DNA from: Acidimicrobiia bacterium
GTDB taxonomy: Bacteria; Actinomycetota; Acidimicrobiia; Spongiisociales; ZC4RG35
DNA: 51,264 nt
Assembly: GCA_009377435.1 (NCBI GenBank)
Contig: WHUC01000003.1
Span: 1-51,264 of the forward strand
Direction of reading: 5' to 3'
Shown: positions 37,302 to 45,849 of the stretch, piece by piece
Numbering within the stretch: the stretch's first letter is position 1
How the letters are laid out: each line of letters starts with the position of its first letter
Notes under the pieces: generated by a model
Databases searched by the model: none
Told to the model about the DNA's origin: nothing
The model's input: the letters and a program-made list of their open reading frames with translations, nothing else
Translations under genes and position numbers: made by a program

Positions 37302-38194
37302 GTCGCGTCGATCCTGGAGAGTTGTCGTGAATCCGCCCCGAGCCTGAATTTGTACGCCTCGTCACCCTTGAGGAAGTCGAAGCGGCCGATGCCCTCGGAG
37401 ATCGCCGTCTCGATCATGGACGCCACCAGCACCCACCCGGGGCTGGCATCGGCGAGGTCCGCATCGAAGGAGGAGTTGTAGAGGTAGTAGCCGGTCTCGT
37501 CGGTGTAGCCGAAGACGGTGGCGGTGGCACCCTCGGGATGACGGAGAAGATCGACCCGCCATCCGTCACCGAGGATGAGGTCGGCGAAGAACTTCTCCAT
37601 CTCGGATGTCATGAACTCCCCCTTGTCGCCGGGGGCGGAGCGATGGAGTCGAACGAACTCGTCGAAACCGAACCCCGCTCCCCGGTGGGTCTCGTGCTCC
37701 CACTCCCCCAGCATCAGCGTGTAACGCCGTCGCTTGCGACGCACCTCGTGACGCTGCTTCTTGGACAAGCCGGCCAGATACTCCTCGAAGGAGCCGGGTA
37801 GGTCGACAACAGCGGTCGCCTCGTGCTCGACCACCTCGACGTCTGCCCCTCCCCCACGCAGACCCTCGGCCAGCATCTCGGCGTGGGGGGTGGGAATCGA
37901 ATCGAGTTCGGCCCGCCCGCGAGGATGAGTGGCTAGTTGACGGCCCAGGGCGGACACATCGGTGCCGAGGGGTGTGTGATAGTCGGTTAGGTCGCCATGA
38001 CCGGCGAAACGTAGGACATCGCCATCGTCGACAAGGGTGAGGAGACTGTCCCCGGCCATGATCTCCACGGCCTCGAGACCCGTCCCGGCGAAATGGTCCC
38101 ACCAGAGACAAAGAAACTCCGGTCCGGCGAAGGGCCCGGTTCCGTCCGCCGCCGGCGCCGGTGCTCCCTCCAGAGAGGTCCAAAGTGAGGTCAC
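37295..38194 (-). CDS. GNAT acetyltransferase, CelD/BcsL-like
   Basis: DLTDY, LPGSFEEYLAGLSKKQRHEVRRK, YLYNS, SPG and FDFLKGDEAYKFRLGA; GTGA overlap with the asparaginase stop. Confidence 0.88.
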   Translation of the reverse strand: MTSLWTSLEGAPAPAADGTGPFAGPEFLCLWWDHFAGTGLEAVEIMAGDSLLTLVDDGDVLRFAGHGDLTDYHTPLGTDVSALGRQLATHPRGRAELDSIPTPHAEMLAEGLRGGGADVEVVEHEATAVVDLPGSFEEYLAGLSKKQRHEVRRKRRRYTLMLGEWEHETHRGAGFGFDEFVRLHRSAPGDKGEFMTSEMEKFFADLILGDGWRVDLLRHPEGATATVFGYTDETGYYLYNSSFDADLADASPGWVLVASMIETAISEGIGRFDFLKGDEAYKFRLGADSRQLSRIDATW

Positions 38195-39129
38195 GGTGAC
38201 CCCCCCATGATTTCCAATCGTCCCACCTGTTGGCCACCACCGAGCACGGGCGGGTTGGCGAGATCGGCCACGGCTGCCTCGGCTGCCGTTGTCATCAAAC
38301 CGATCCGACGGAGTGTCTCCATCAGAACCACGCCGATGGCGGGCTCGGTCCCGTCCCAGCTCTTGACGGCGATGCCGACCCCATCTCCCAAAGCGACACC
38401 GAGGCATCCGATGGCTCCGATCTTGGCGACGGCGTTCCACCAACGAGCCACCGTGTCGTCGACCATTCCCACGCCCCGGGTCATCCCGGGATAACGGTGC
38501 ATGGCGATGAAAACATCGGAGAAGGCGGGATCATTCCCGAGACGGTGAAAGGCCCGGGCCAATCCCTCCGTCGTCACCGTTGTCACCGGTGCCCCACAGC
38601 CGTCGATACCGACCGGGTCACCGGGTCGTGCGGTCACCACCGCCAGCATCTCCGCTACGGACTTCTGGAGGGGATGCCCCGGATCCAGGTAGGTCTCAAG
38701 GTCCCAGCCGTTGGCAACACACGCCCGCAGCATGGCGGCGTGCTTGCCCGAACAGTTGTGCCAGAGCGACGAAGGCTGGTCGAAGCCGGCCCTGATCACC
38801 AGGTCACGAGCAGACGACGACGCGGGGAATGAAGGGGGGCACCCCAGATCGGAGCTGTCGAGACCTGCCTCGTCGAGCATCACCTCGACCATGGCGATGT
38901 GCACGGGGAAGCCCTGGTGGCTGGCGGCGGCGAGGGCGAGGCGCAGTGGGTCAAGATCGGCACCGTTGAGCTGGGATACCGCAGCCTGGAAGGGTTTGGC
39001 CGACGAGCGGATGTAGAAGGGTCGGTCGATATCCCCCGACGAGAGGATGACGCCATCGGTGTCGAAGACGGCAACGGACAAGTCGTGCCCGCCCTCGACC
39101 ACTCCGTTGCGGGTCTCGGCGACCCTCAC
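38191..39129 (-). CDS. L-asparaginase II (Rhizobium AnsA-type) family protein
   Basis: RSSAKPFQA, ASH.G, HNCSGKHA, DGCGAP and AKIGA motifs. Confidence 0.92.
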   Translation of the reverse strand: MRVAETRNGVVEGGHDLSVAVFDTDGVILSSGDIDRPFYIRSSAKPFQAAVSQLNGADLDPLRLALAAASHQGFPVHIAMVEVMLDEAGLDSSDLGCPPSFPASSSARDLVIRAGFDQPSSLWHNCSGKHAAMLRACVANGWDLETYLDPGHPLQKSVAEMLAVVTARPGDPVGIDGCGAPVTTVTTEGLARAFHRLGNDPAFSDVFIAMHRYPGMTRGVGMVDDTVARWWNAVAKIGAIGCLGVALGDGVGIAVKSWDGTEPAIGVVLMETLRRIGLMTTAAEAAVADLANPPVLGGGQQVGRLEIMGGSP

Positions 39130-39221
39130 GCCTCTTCCAGCCGCCGGTGCTGGGCGCAGACGCTGGTGTGGTCGGACACAAACCCGGGATCGAGGACTAG
39201 GAGGCGGCGTTTCTCGTGCAC
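39126..39221 (-). pseudogene. 31-aa ORF, probable remnant of an RsiG/AmfC-like gene
   Basis: MHEKRRLLVLDPGFVSD resembles the RR....LDP.F start of RsiG/AmfC; TACCCT -10 box 6 nt upstream; GTGA-coupled to the asparaginase gene. Confidence 0.45.
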
Positions 39222-39249
39222 CCTCCCAGGGTACCGCTCGCGATCAACC

Positions 39250-40770
39250 TCACGACACCTGCACCGAGATGGTGTGCCAGCCGGAGGCGCCGTCGGGAGC
39301 GACGGGGGTCCGCTCCTCGGTCTGGGTCGTCCCGGTGGCGTCGGTGGCCCTCACCCGGATGCGGTGCTCGCCCGGGGCGGCATCCCATCTATGCACCCAT
39401 TGGCGCCAGGAGTTGTCGGAGACAGAGTCGGCAAGCTCGGCGTCGACCCAAGGTTCACCGTCGACCTGTACCTCGACCCGCGTGATCCCGATGTTGGGCG
39501 CCCAGGCGACACCGGCGATCGGTGTCATGCCGGCGGCAATGGAACCGTGTGACGGGATGTCGATCCGGGACTGGGTCTTGACGGGACCCTCCTTTGCCCA
39601 CCCTCGGGGCACCCAGTAGGCATCGAACCCCTCCCAGGTGGTCAGCTCGATCTCCGTGAGCCACTTCGTCGCCGAGACATAGCCGTACAGACCGGCGACC
39701 ACCAGCCGTGCCGGGAATCCGTGTTCAAAGGGAAGGGGCTCACCATTCATCTCCACGGCGACGATGGCTGTCCGACCGTCACGAGCGGCCTCCACCGGAA
39801 AGCCCACGGTGAACTCGTCGACGGAACGGCCGACGAGCTGCTCGGCGCCGTCCTGGACACCGGCCCGGTCGAGGATCTCGGTGAGGGGCACCCCGACCCA
39901 GCGGGCGTTCCCCACTAAGCCCCCGCCGACCTGGTTGGACACACACGACAGGGTCACATCGGTCTCCACCAGCGGCATGGCGATCAGATCGTCGAAGCTC
40001 ATCTCGAGCTCTCGCCCCACCATCCCGGTGACACGGAGCCGCCACTCCGCCACGTCGACCCGGGGGACGGAAAGGGCGGTGTCGATCCGGTAGAACTCAT
40101 CGTTGGGGACGAACAGGGGTGTGATGCCCTCAACATCGAGCATCGTCGCCGGGTCGGGTTCGGGCAGGGTGAGCGGCGGGGAAGAAACAGCCAGATCTGT
40201 CCGACTCTCGGTGGCTGCGCCCCTTCGGCCGAGGAGAAACCGGCCAAACCCTCCGGCCAGCGCGGAGACACCGAGCACCGCCCCGGCGCCGGCGAGCACC
40301 CTCCGTCGATTGGTGGCTGCCTCGGGGTCGTCGGAAGCCACATCGCCCAGACCGGAAAGGAGCACGTACGTCCCCACCCCCACGATCACAGCGGCGACAG
40401 CTCCCAGTGCGGCCGACGACAGCGGTTCCGCCGAACCGACGACCGTGGCGGAGGCGGCGCCCACCCCGAAGAGGACAAAGACGGCGGTGATGATTCCCAT
40501 CCGGCCCCGCCCGAAAGCCCCGACCATCCCACCGAGAAGAAGTGCCGTCACCAACATGCTCCCTATCAGAACCGGCTTGTCAGCGGTTCCGAATGTGTCG
40601 ATCGCCCAGTTCTTGACGGGGGTGGGGGCCTGGTCGATGACCCAATCGCCGATCCCCAGGACGAGGGACGGGATCAATGACACCAGACCGGCGACGAGCT
40701 CCGACGCGGCGAGGGCGGCCGCGACGGACACGACTCCGATGACCATCCAAAGTGGGCGTTTCATTTCCAT
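39250..40770 (-). CDS. Membrane-bound molybdopterin-dependent oxidoreductase (sulfite oxidase family)
   Basis: N-terminal TM domain, RRRVL, FYRIDTAL, TLSCVSN, NGEPLPFEHGFPARLVV and GYVSATKWL. Confidence 0.93.
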   Translation of the reverse strand: MEMKRPLWMVIGVVSVAAALAASELVAGLVSLIPSLVLGIGDWVIDQAPTPVKNWAIDTFGTADKPVLIGSMLVTALLLGGMVGAFGRGRMGIITAVFVLFGVGAASATVVGSAEPLSSAALGAVAAVIVGVGTYVLLSGLGDVASDDPEAATNRRRVLAGAGAVLGVSALAGGFGRFLLGRRGAATESRTDLAVSSPPLTLPEPDPATMLDVEGITPLFVPNDEFYRIDTALSVPRVDVAEWRLRVTGMVGRELEMSFDDLIAMPLVETDVTLSCVSNQVGGGLVGNARWVGVPLTEILDRAGVQDGAEQLVGRSVDEFTVGFPVEAARDGRTAIVAVEMNGEPLPFEHGFPARLVVAGLYGYVSATKWLTEIELTTWEGFDAYWVPRGWAKEGPVKTQSRIDIPSHGSIAAGMTPIAGVAWAPNIGITRVEVQVDGEPWVDAELADSVSDNSWRQWVHRWDAAPGEHRIRVRATDATGTTQTEERTPVAPDGASGWHTISVQVS

Positions 40771-40788
40771 CGGCGCAGTCTCCGTGGC

Positions 40789-40906
40789 GGCCGCCGATCT
40801 CCACAACGGCATTCCACAACAGCCTCCTAGTAATTGCAAACGGTACTAGGAGAATGGTGTGAAACGCATGTCACACATCTCGACGCCCAGCCGCTGGCGG
40901 CGTCCT
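40789..40906. mobile_element. Two abutted family-A MITE halves separated by CTAG-15 nt-CTAG
   Basis: 40789-40827 is the reverse complement of 4673-4711 (36/39); 40856-40892 is the exact reverse complement of 4792-4828. Confidence 0.8.
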
Positions 40907-40936
40907 ATCGGGTCTGAATCGGTCGACCGACGAGGG

Positions 40937-41713
40937 TCAGCCCCGGTTCCTCTCGTCCCGGAAGGCGATCCAGTCGGCGACCGGGCCGAGGTCGTAGTCG
41001 GGTCCGCTCACGCCGAGGGTGAATCGCCGCGTCCCGATGGCGTGGTAGGAGTCGGCTCGGTCGATCCCCCTCGGATTGACGCCGACCGAACGCTCGATCT
41101 CGGATGGGTCCCGGCCCACCGCCCCGCAGTGACGGTCGAGGACCTCGTGTTTGTGGGCGATGGTCTCCGGATCCCCGAATCCGTGCCATATGTCGGCGTG
41201 CCTGGCAACGATCCGAAGGGTTTTCCTCTCCCCGCCCCCACCGATCAACACCGGGATGTGACGGGTCGATGCGGGGTTGCCCTTGCCGAGCCTGGCCTCA
41301 ATTCGGGGCAGCGCCTCGGCGAGAGCGGCGAGACGCTTTCCCGGGGTTCCGAACTCGTACCCGAACTCCTCGTAGTCCTTGCGAAACCAACCGGCCCCGA
41401 TCCCGAGGATGAGACGGCCATCCGAGATGTGGTCGATGGTTCGGGCCATGTCGGCGAGGAGCTCGGGATTGCGGTAGCTGTTGCAGGTCACGAGACAGCC
41501 GATCTCGACCCGTTCGGTCTGCTCCGCCCATGCCCCCAGCATGGTCCAACCCTCGAAGTGCTTACCGTCCGAAGCCCCCCGGAGTGGGAAAAAGTGGTCC
41601 CAGTTGAAGATGGTGTCCACCCCCATCTCCTCGGCCCGCTCCACCACCCCCCTGATATCCGAATACTCCGCATGCTGGGGTTGTAGCTGGATATCGACCT
41701 TGACGTCGCTCAT
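40937..41713 (-). CDS. LLM-class F420-dependent oxidoreductase
   Basis: QLQPQH, FNWDHFFPL, YRNPELLADMART.DHISDGR.ILGIGAGW and IGGGGERKTL. Confidence 0.92.
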   Translation of the reverse strand: MSDVKVDIQLQPQHAEYSDIRGVVERAEEMGVDTIFNWDHFFPLRGASDGKHFEGWTMLGAWAEQTERVEIGCLVTCNSYRNPELLADMARTIDHISDGRLILGIGAGWFRKDYEEFGYEFGTPGKRLAALAEALPRIEARLGKGNPASTRHIPVLIGGGGERKTLRIVARHADIWHGFGDPETIAHKHEVLDRHCGAVGRDPSEIERSVGVNPRGIDRADSYHAIGTRRFTLGVSGPDYDLGPVADWIAFRDERNRG

Positions 41714-41746
41714 GGCGTCACCCTAGACCGCGTTCGGATTTGGGGT

Positions 41747-42883
41747 TCAGAGGCCGTGGAGAGTGTCGACGATGAGATGGTCGACGACGGCCTGGAGGGC
41801 TTCACCGTGGTCGGCCCCAGTGGCGATGGCGGCCTCGTAGGCGGCCAACTGGCGATCAGCAGAGGTCCCCTCGACGACGATCTTGCGGGCGTGCTCCATA
41901 TGCCGGCTGACACCGAGGGCCTCGGCATCCTCCGAGGTCATCTCGATCAGCTCCTCGATGAGATCGGCGAACGGCACCAACTCGCCCCGGCCGAAGTCGA
42001 TCATCGAGCCCTCGTGCCCATATCGTTGCGCCCGCCACACGTTCTCCGATATCAGCGCCGGGCTGTACATGCGCCAACGATGGTTGTTGAGTCTCATCCG
42101 GTACATCATGTGGAGCAGACAGAGGTAGAAGGCGGCGATGGTGATCCCATCCTGGAGCCGGGTGGCCATGTCGGAGATACGCATCTCCAGGGTGGGATAT
42201 CGGTGCGACGGCCGGATATCCCACCACAGCTTGGTCGGGTCCTCGATGATGCCCGCCCCGACCAGGATGTCGACATGTCGCTCGTACTCGCGCCACGAGC
42301 TGAACTCCTCGGGGATGCCGGTACGGGGGAGGCTCTGGAACACGGATAGGCGATAGCACTTGAGCCCGGTGTTGCGACCGGTCCAGAAGGGCGAAGAGGT
42401 GGATAGGGCGAGAATGTGGGGAAGGAAGTACTTGACCTGATTCATCATGTCGATCCGAAGATCGGGGTCCTCGATCCCGACATGGACGTGCATGCCACAG
42501 ATCACCAGCCGTCGCGCCACCTGCTGGAGATCGGAGGCGAGCTCACGATACCGATCGTGGTCGGTGGTCTCCTGGCTCCACCACTCGGCGGAGGGATGGG
42601 TAGAGGACGCGATGAGGGCCCCTCCGTACTCGGCGACCACTCCGTCGAGGGCGGTGCGCATCGATCCGAGGTCCTCCATGGCCTCGTCGAGGCGGTTGGC
42701 GACCTGGGTACCCACCTCGATCTGGGCCTTGAGGAACTCGGGACCTACCTTCTCCCCGAGGATCTCTTTCAAACCGTCCCACATTCCCTCGGGCGGGGAC
42801 TTCATGAGATCCCTGGTCTCGCGATCGACGACCAGGTACTCCTCCTCGATCCCGACGGTAAACGCCGGTTTGGTGACGGGCAT
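41747..42883 (-). CDS. ybdK: Carboxylate-amine ligase YbdK / glutamate-cysteine ligase 2 family
   Basis: TVGIEEE, ICGMHVHVG, LALSTSSPFW and WWDIRPS..YPTLEMRI.D; AGGAG RBS. Confidence 0.93.
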   Translation of the reverse strand: MPVTKPAFTVGIEEEYLVVDRETRDLMKSPPEGMWDGLKEILGEKVGPEFLKAQIEVGTQVANRLDEAMEDLGSMRTALDGVVAEYGGALIASSTHPSAEWWSQETTDHDRYRELASDLQQVARRLVICGMHVHVGIEDPDLRIDMMNQVKYFLPHILALSTSSPFWTGRNTGLKCYRLSVFQSLPRTGIPEEFSSWREYERHVDILVGAGIIEDPTKLWWDIRPSHRYPTLEMRISDMATRLQDGITIAAFYLCLLHMMYRMRLNNHRWRMYSPALISENVWRAQRYGHEGSMIDFGRGELVPFADLIEELIEMTSEDAEALGVSRHMEHARKIVVEGTSADRQLAAYEAAIATGADHGEALQAVVDHLIVDTLHGL

Positions 42884-42909
42884 CGGGCATCTCTCCTTTT
42901 GTCGCCGGT

Positions 42910-43518
42910 TCACCCTATCAGCCGGTGAGCACAGCCCCGCCGTCGCATTTCGCATTCCTCCCGGGCGTGGCATCCCTCGGCGTGGTCATTGACCAGACCC
43001 ATGGCCTGCATGAAGGCGTAGATCGTGGTGGGGCCGACGAACTTCCACCCACGACGTTTCAGATCCCGGGCGATGGCGGTCGAGGTCTCGGTGGTGGCGA
43101 CCGTTTTTGTGGGGAGCGACGGGGCCAGGTCGGCGTGAGCCCAGAAGTAGTCGGCGAGAGGGCCGTGTTCATCAACCAGTTCGATGGCGCGGGAGGCGTT
43201 GTTGATCGCGGCCCGGATCTTGCCCTCGTGACGGATTATCCCGGCATCGCCGAGGAGCCGGGCAACGTCATCCTCGCCGAAGCGGGCGACCGTCATCATG
43301 TCGAAGTCGGCGAAGGCCTCCCGGAAGGCCGGTCGCTTCCGCAGGATGGTGATCCAGGACAGACCGGATTGGAAACCCTCGAGACAGATCTTCTCGAACA
43401 GGATACGGTCATCGGTGGTGGGCCGACCCCACTCCTCATCGTGGTAGGCGACATAGAGGGGATCGTCACCACACCACGAGCAACGGGGCACGCCGTCGGA
43501 CCCGGTGATCAACTCCAT
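42910..43518 (-). CDS. tag: DNA-3-methyladenine glycosylase I
   Basis: RC.W, YHDEEWG, LEGFQSGLSWITIL and FVGPTTIYAFMQAMGLVNDH...C; TAACCT -10 box 7 nt before the ATG. Confidence 0.96.
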   Translation of the reverse strand: MELITGSDGVPRCSWCGDDPLYVAYHDEEWGRPTTDDRILFEKICLEGFQSGLSWITILRKRPAFREAFADFDMMTVARFGEDDVARLLGDAGIIRHEGKIRAAINNASRAIELVDEHGPLADYFWAHADLAPSLPTKTVATTETSTAIARDLKRRGWKFVGPTTIYAFMQAMGLVNDHAEGCHAREECEMRRRGCAHRLIG

Positions 43519-43568
43519 CGGCGACAGGTTACGCAACCATCACCACCGTTTGGGCGGTGGGGAGATGG

Positions 43569-44624
43569 TCAGGAGGTGTGTTCCCCGGCCCGCATCTCGT
43601 GCTGGAGACGCCGCGACTCCTCGAGGACACGACGGAAGAGATCGGCGGCGTGCTCGGGCTCGAGCCCGTGATGGATCGCCTCCTTGCGGATGAGATCCAA
43701 CAGCTCCTCCTCCCGATCGGGTATCTGCACCGGCATTCCCCGGCGGAACTTGACCTCCCCGATCTGGAGGGCAAGCTGCTGGCGACGTCCCAGGAGTCGG
43801 ACGATCTGTCGGTCGATCTGATCGATGTTGGTCCTCATCCGATGGATCCCCAGTGCGGTCATGAGATCGGCGAACGGCACGAGTCCGAGCTGTTTGTCGG
43901 AGGACCGCGCGATCTCCGGTGTTGGATGGACCTCCACGATCAGCCCATCGGCACCCACGCCCTGGGCGGCGAGAGCGAGGGGGCGAACCCGCCCGGCGCC
44001 ACCGGCGGCATGGGAGGGGTCGACGATGATCGGGAGATGGGTGAGCTCGCGCAGCGAGGGTACCGACGTGATGTCCAACATGTCGGTGCGACCCGTGCCG
44101 AAGGTGCGGATGCCACGCTCGACGAGGATGACCTGATCATTGCCCTCGGCAAGGACGTATTCGGCCGACCACAGCCACTCGTCGAGGGTCGCCGAGGGTC
44201 CGCGACGGATCAGAACCGGTTTGCCGAGACGTCCCAGCACCCGGAGCAACTCGAAATCCTGCATGTTGGCCGATGCCACCTCGAGGGCATCGACCTTTTC
44301 GGCGACCTCCTCGGCGTGGGCCGCCTCGGTGACCTGGGTGACGGTGGGCAACCCAACACGTTTGCCGGCGGCGGCGAGCATATCGAGGGCCTCCGAGCCC
44401 AGGCCACGGAACTCGTACGGCGACGACGTCGGCTTGTAGGCATTTCCCCGCAGCAGCGACGCCCCGAACTCGACGGCGGCATCGGCGACGGTATTGATCT
44501 GGTCCTCGGACTCGATGGCGCACGGCCCGGCGATCACGGTAAAGGGATCGTGACCGATGCGAACCGAACCGATCGTGACGACGGTGGCCCCTCTATCGCC
44601 GTGGCGTTGTGCCTTACGTTCCAT
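43569..44624 (-). CDS. Type I-beta DAHP synthase-like domain fused to a C-terminal AroQ chorismate mutase
   Basis: IAGPCAIES, ERGIRTF, DPSHA and VEVHP; C-terminal R..ID.ID..I..LL..R...IG..K..RE; GAGGAG RBS. Confidence 0.9.
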   Translation of the reverse strand: MERKAQRHGDRGATVVTIGSVRIGHDPFTVIAGPCAIESEDQINTVADAAVEFGASLLRGNAYKPTSSPYEFRGLGSEALDMLAAAGKRVGLPTVTQVTEAAHAEEVAEKVDALEVASANMQDFELLRVLGRLGKPVLIRRGPSATLDEWLWSAEYVLAEGNDQVILVERGIRTFGTGRTDMLDITSVPSLRELTHLPIIVDPSHAAGGAGRVRPLALAAQGVGADGLIVEVHPTPEIARSSDKQLGLVPFADLMTALGIHRMRTNIDQIDRQIVRLLGRRQQLALQIGEVKFRRGMPVQIPDREEELLDLIRKEAIHHGLEPEHAADLFRRVLEESRRLQHEMRAGEHTS

Positions 44625-44741
44625 GATTTCTCCTCGATGGACGAGGCCCGGGACGTGGAACGACCCGGGCCTGGCCCGGGTCGACGTGGTTGGTGTGGTT
44701 GTCGTTTCAGCCCATCACGTCGACCGGGGCCCGGCCCCGGT
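44625..44741 (-). promoter_or_regulatory. Attenuator with mutually exclusive RNA hairpins
   Basis: Complementary segments 1:2, 2:3, 3:4 (44661-44683), 4:5 and an SD-covering CCTCG/CGAGG stem (44632-44646). Confidence 0.8.
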
Positions 44742-44774
44742 AAAGACGAAATAGGCGTAGAAACGATCGGACAT
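44715..44774 (-). CDS. Phe/Tyr-rich leader peptide MSDRFYAYFVFTGAGPRST
   Basis: 19 codons with 3 Phe and 2 Tyr in a 7-codon window, directly upstream of an aromatic biosynthesis gene; TAAGGT -10 box 8 nt upstream. Confidence 0.88.
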   Translation of the reverse strand: MSDRFYAYFVFTGAGPRST

Positions 44775-44881
44775 GTCCCATCACCTTAGCGCCCCATCGA
44801 GCGGATGGCTACGGAGGGTGGCGAGCGTCGACGACACCGGCATCGACCGCCTCACGGGGCCACGCCACCGCAGGACCCGTA

Positions 44882-45310
44882 TCAATCGGTCGGGTCCTCT
44901 TCGACGCACTTGCCGGTGATCTTGGCGAGTGCGGCTATCTCCTCGGGTGTCAGCCGGGAGAAGAACAGCTCGTTCAACCGATCGAGGTGGGTTTCCTGGA
45001 CCCGCTTGAAGAGCTCCATGCCGGTGTCGGTGATCGACACCGAGACCACCCGGGCGTCCCTGGTCGACGACGATCGCTCCACAAGACCCCGTGCCGCCAA
45101 CTCGGCGACGAGACGGGAGACCCGACTCTGGCTCAGTGGGGCGTGCGCCGCCAGATCGGTGATTCGCTGGGTCCCGCCCTCGGAGAACACGGCAAGGAAC
45201 AGCAACACCTCGAAACCACGGAGGCTGATCCCGTAACGGGCTCGGAGGTCGGCGTCGAGCAGATGCGAGATCCTCTCACCGTGGGGTCTGGAGGAATACG
45301 AACAGCCCAC
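44882..45310 (-). pseudogene. MarR-family regulator with an apparently damaged 5' end
   Basis: wHTH core FEVLL..LSQSRVSRLV..L..RGLVER..DAR..ITD.G; no convincing start or RBS; possible frameshift near 45284. Confidence 0.55.
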
Positions 45311-45334
45311 AACAAACGTGAAAGAGAGCCAATC

Positions 45335-45781
45335 GTGACGAGCACACCGAACCACAACACAAACAGTGGGCCACGGCCCCGGTCATCCCGATGGCTGCGA
45401 TCCGCAGGGGTGCTCACCGCGGTCGTGATCGCCCTGGCGATCTGGGCCGTGGCCAGGTTTGCGGGCGCCGGGTTCCTCGTGCCTGCCTGGGACGGGTCAC
45501 AGGACCAGGTGGGACCGGTCGACGTCATCGTCATGGCAACCGTCGCCTCCCTGGCGGGCTGGGCGCTCTTGGCTGTAATGGAGCGTTTCGTCAGCCGGGC
45601 GCTCCGGGTGTGGACGATCACGGCGGCGACCGTTACCGCCCTGTCGATCGTCCCCCTCGTCCTGATGACGGGCTCTCAGGCGCCGCCAGCCACAACCATC
45701 CCGCTCGCCCTCATGCACATCGCAGTCGGGGCGACCGTGATCTCCTTCTTCCGCAGATCCGCTGTGAACACCAGCGGATAG
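45335..45781 (+). CDS. Four-TM membrane protein (DUF6069-like)
   Basis: Hydrophobic ORF with GWALLA..ER...RA..VW and LALMH motifs; start GTG 45335. Confidence 0.75.
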   Translation: MTSTPNHNTNSGPRPRSSRWLRSAGVLTAVVIALAIWAVARFAGAGFLVPAWDGSQDQVGPVDVIVMATVASLAGWALLAVMERFVSRALRVWTITAATVTALSIVPLVLMTGSQAPPATTIPLALMHIAVGATVISFFRRSAVNTSG

Positions 45782-45849
45782 GGACAGTCGGCCCGGCTAC
45801 TTGCCCTGGCGAGAGCTTCGGCCTCCCTACTACCCGCTGATGTTCAAGG

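Noticed and set aside
45779-45845. Further possible MITE remnants here and at 21038-21076 and 50346-50475
   Set aside because: Only short TAG/CTAG-flanked resemblances, with no second copy or clear TIR pair in the window
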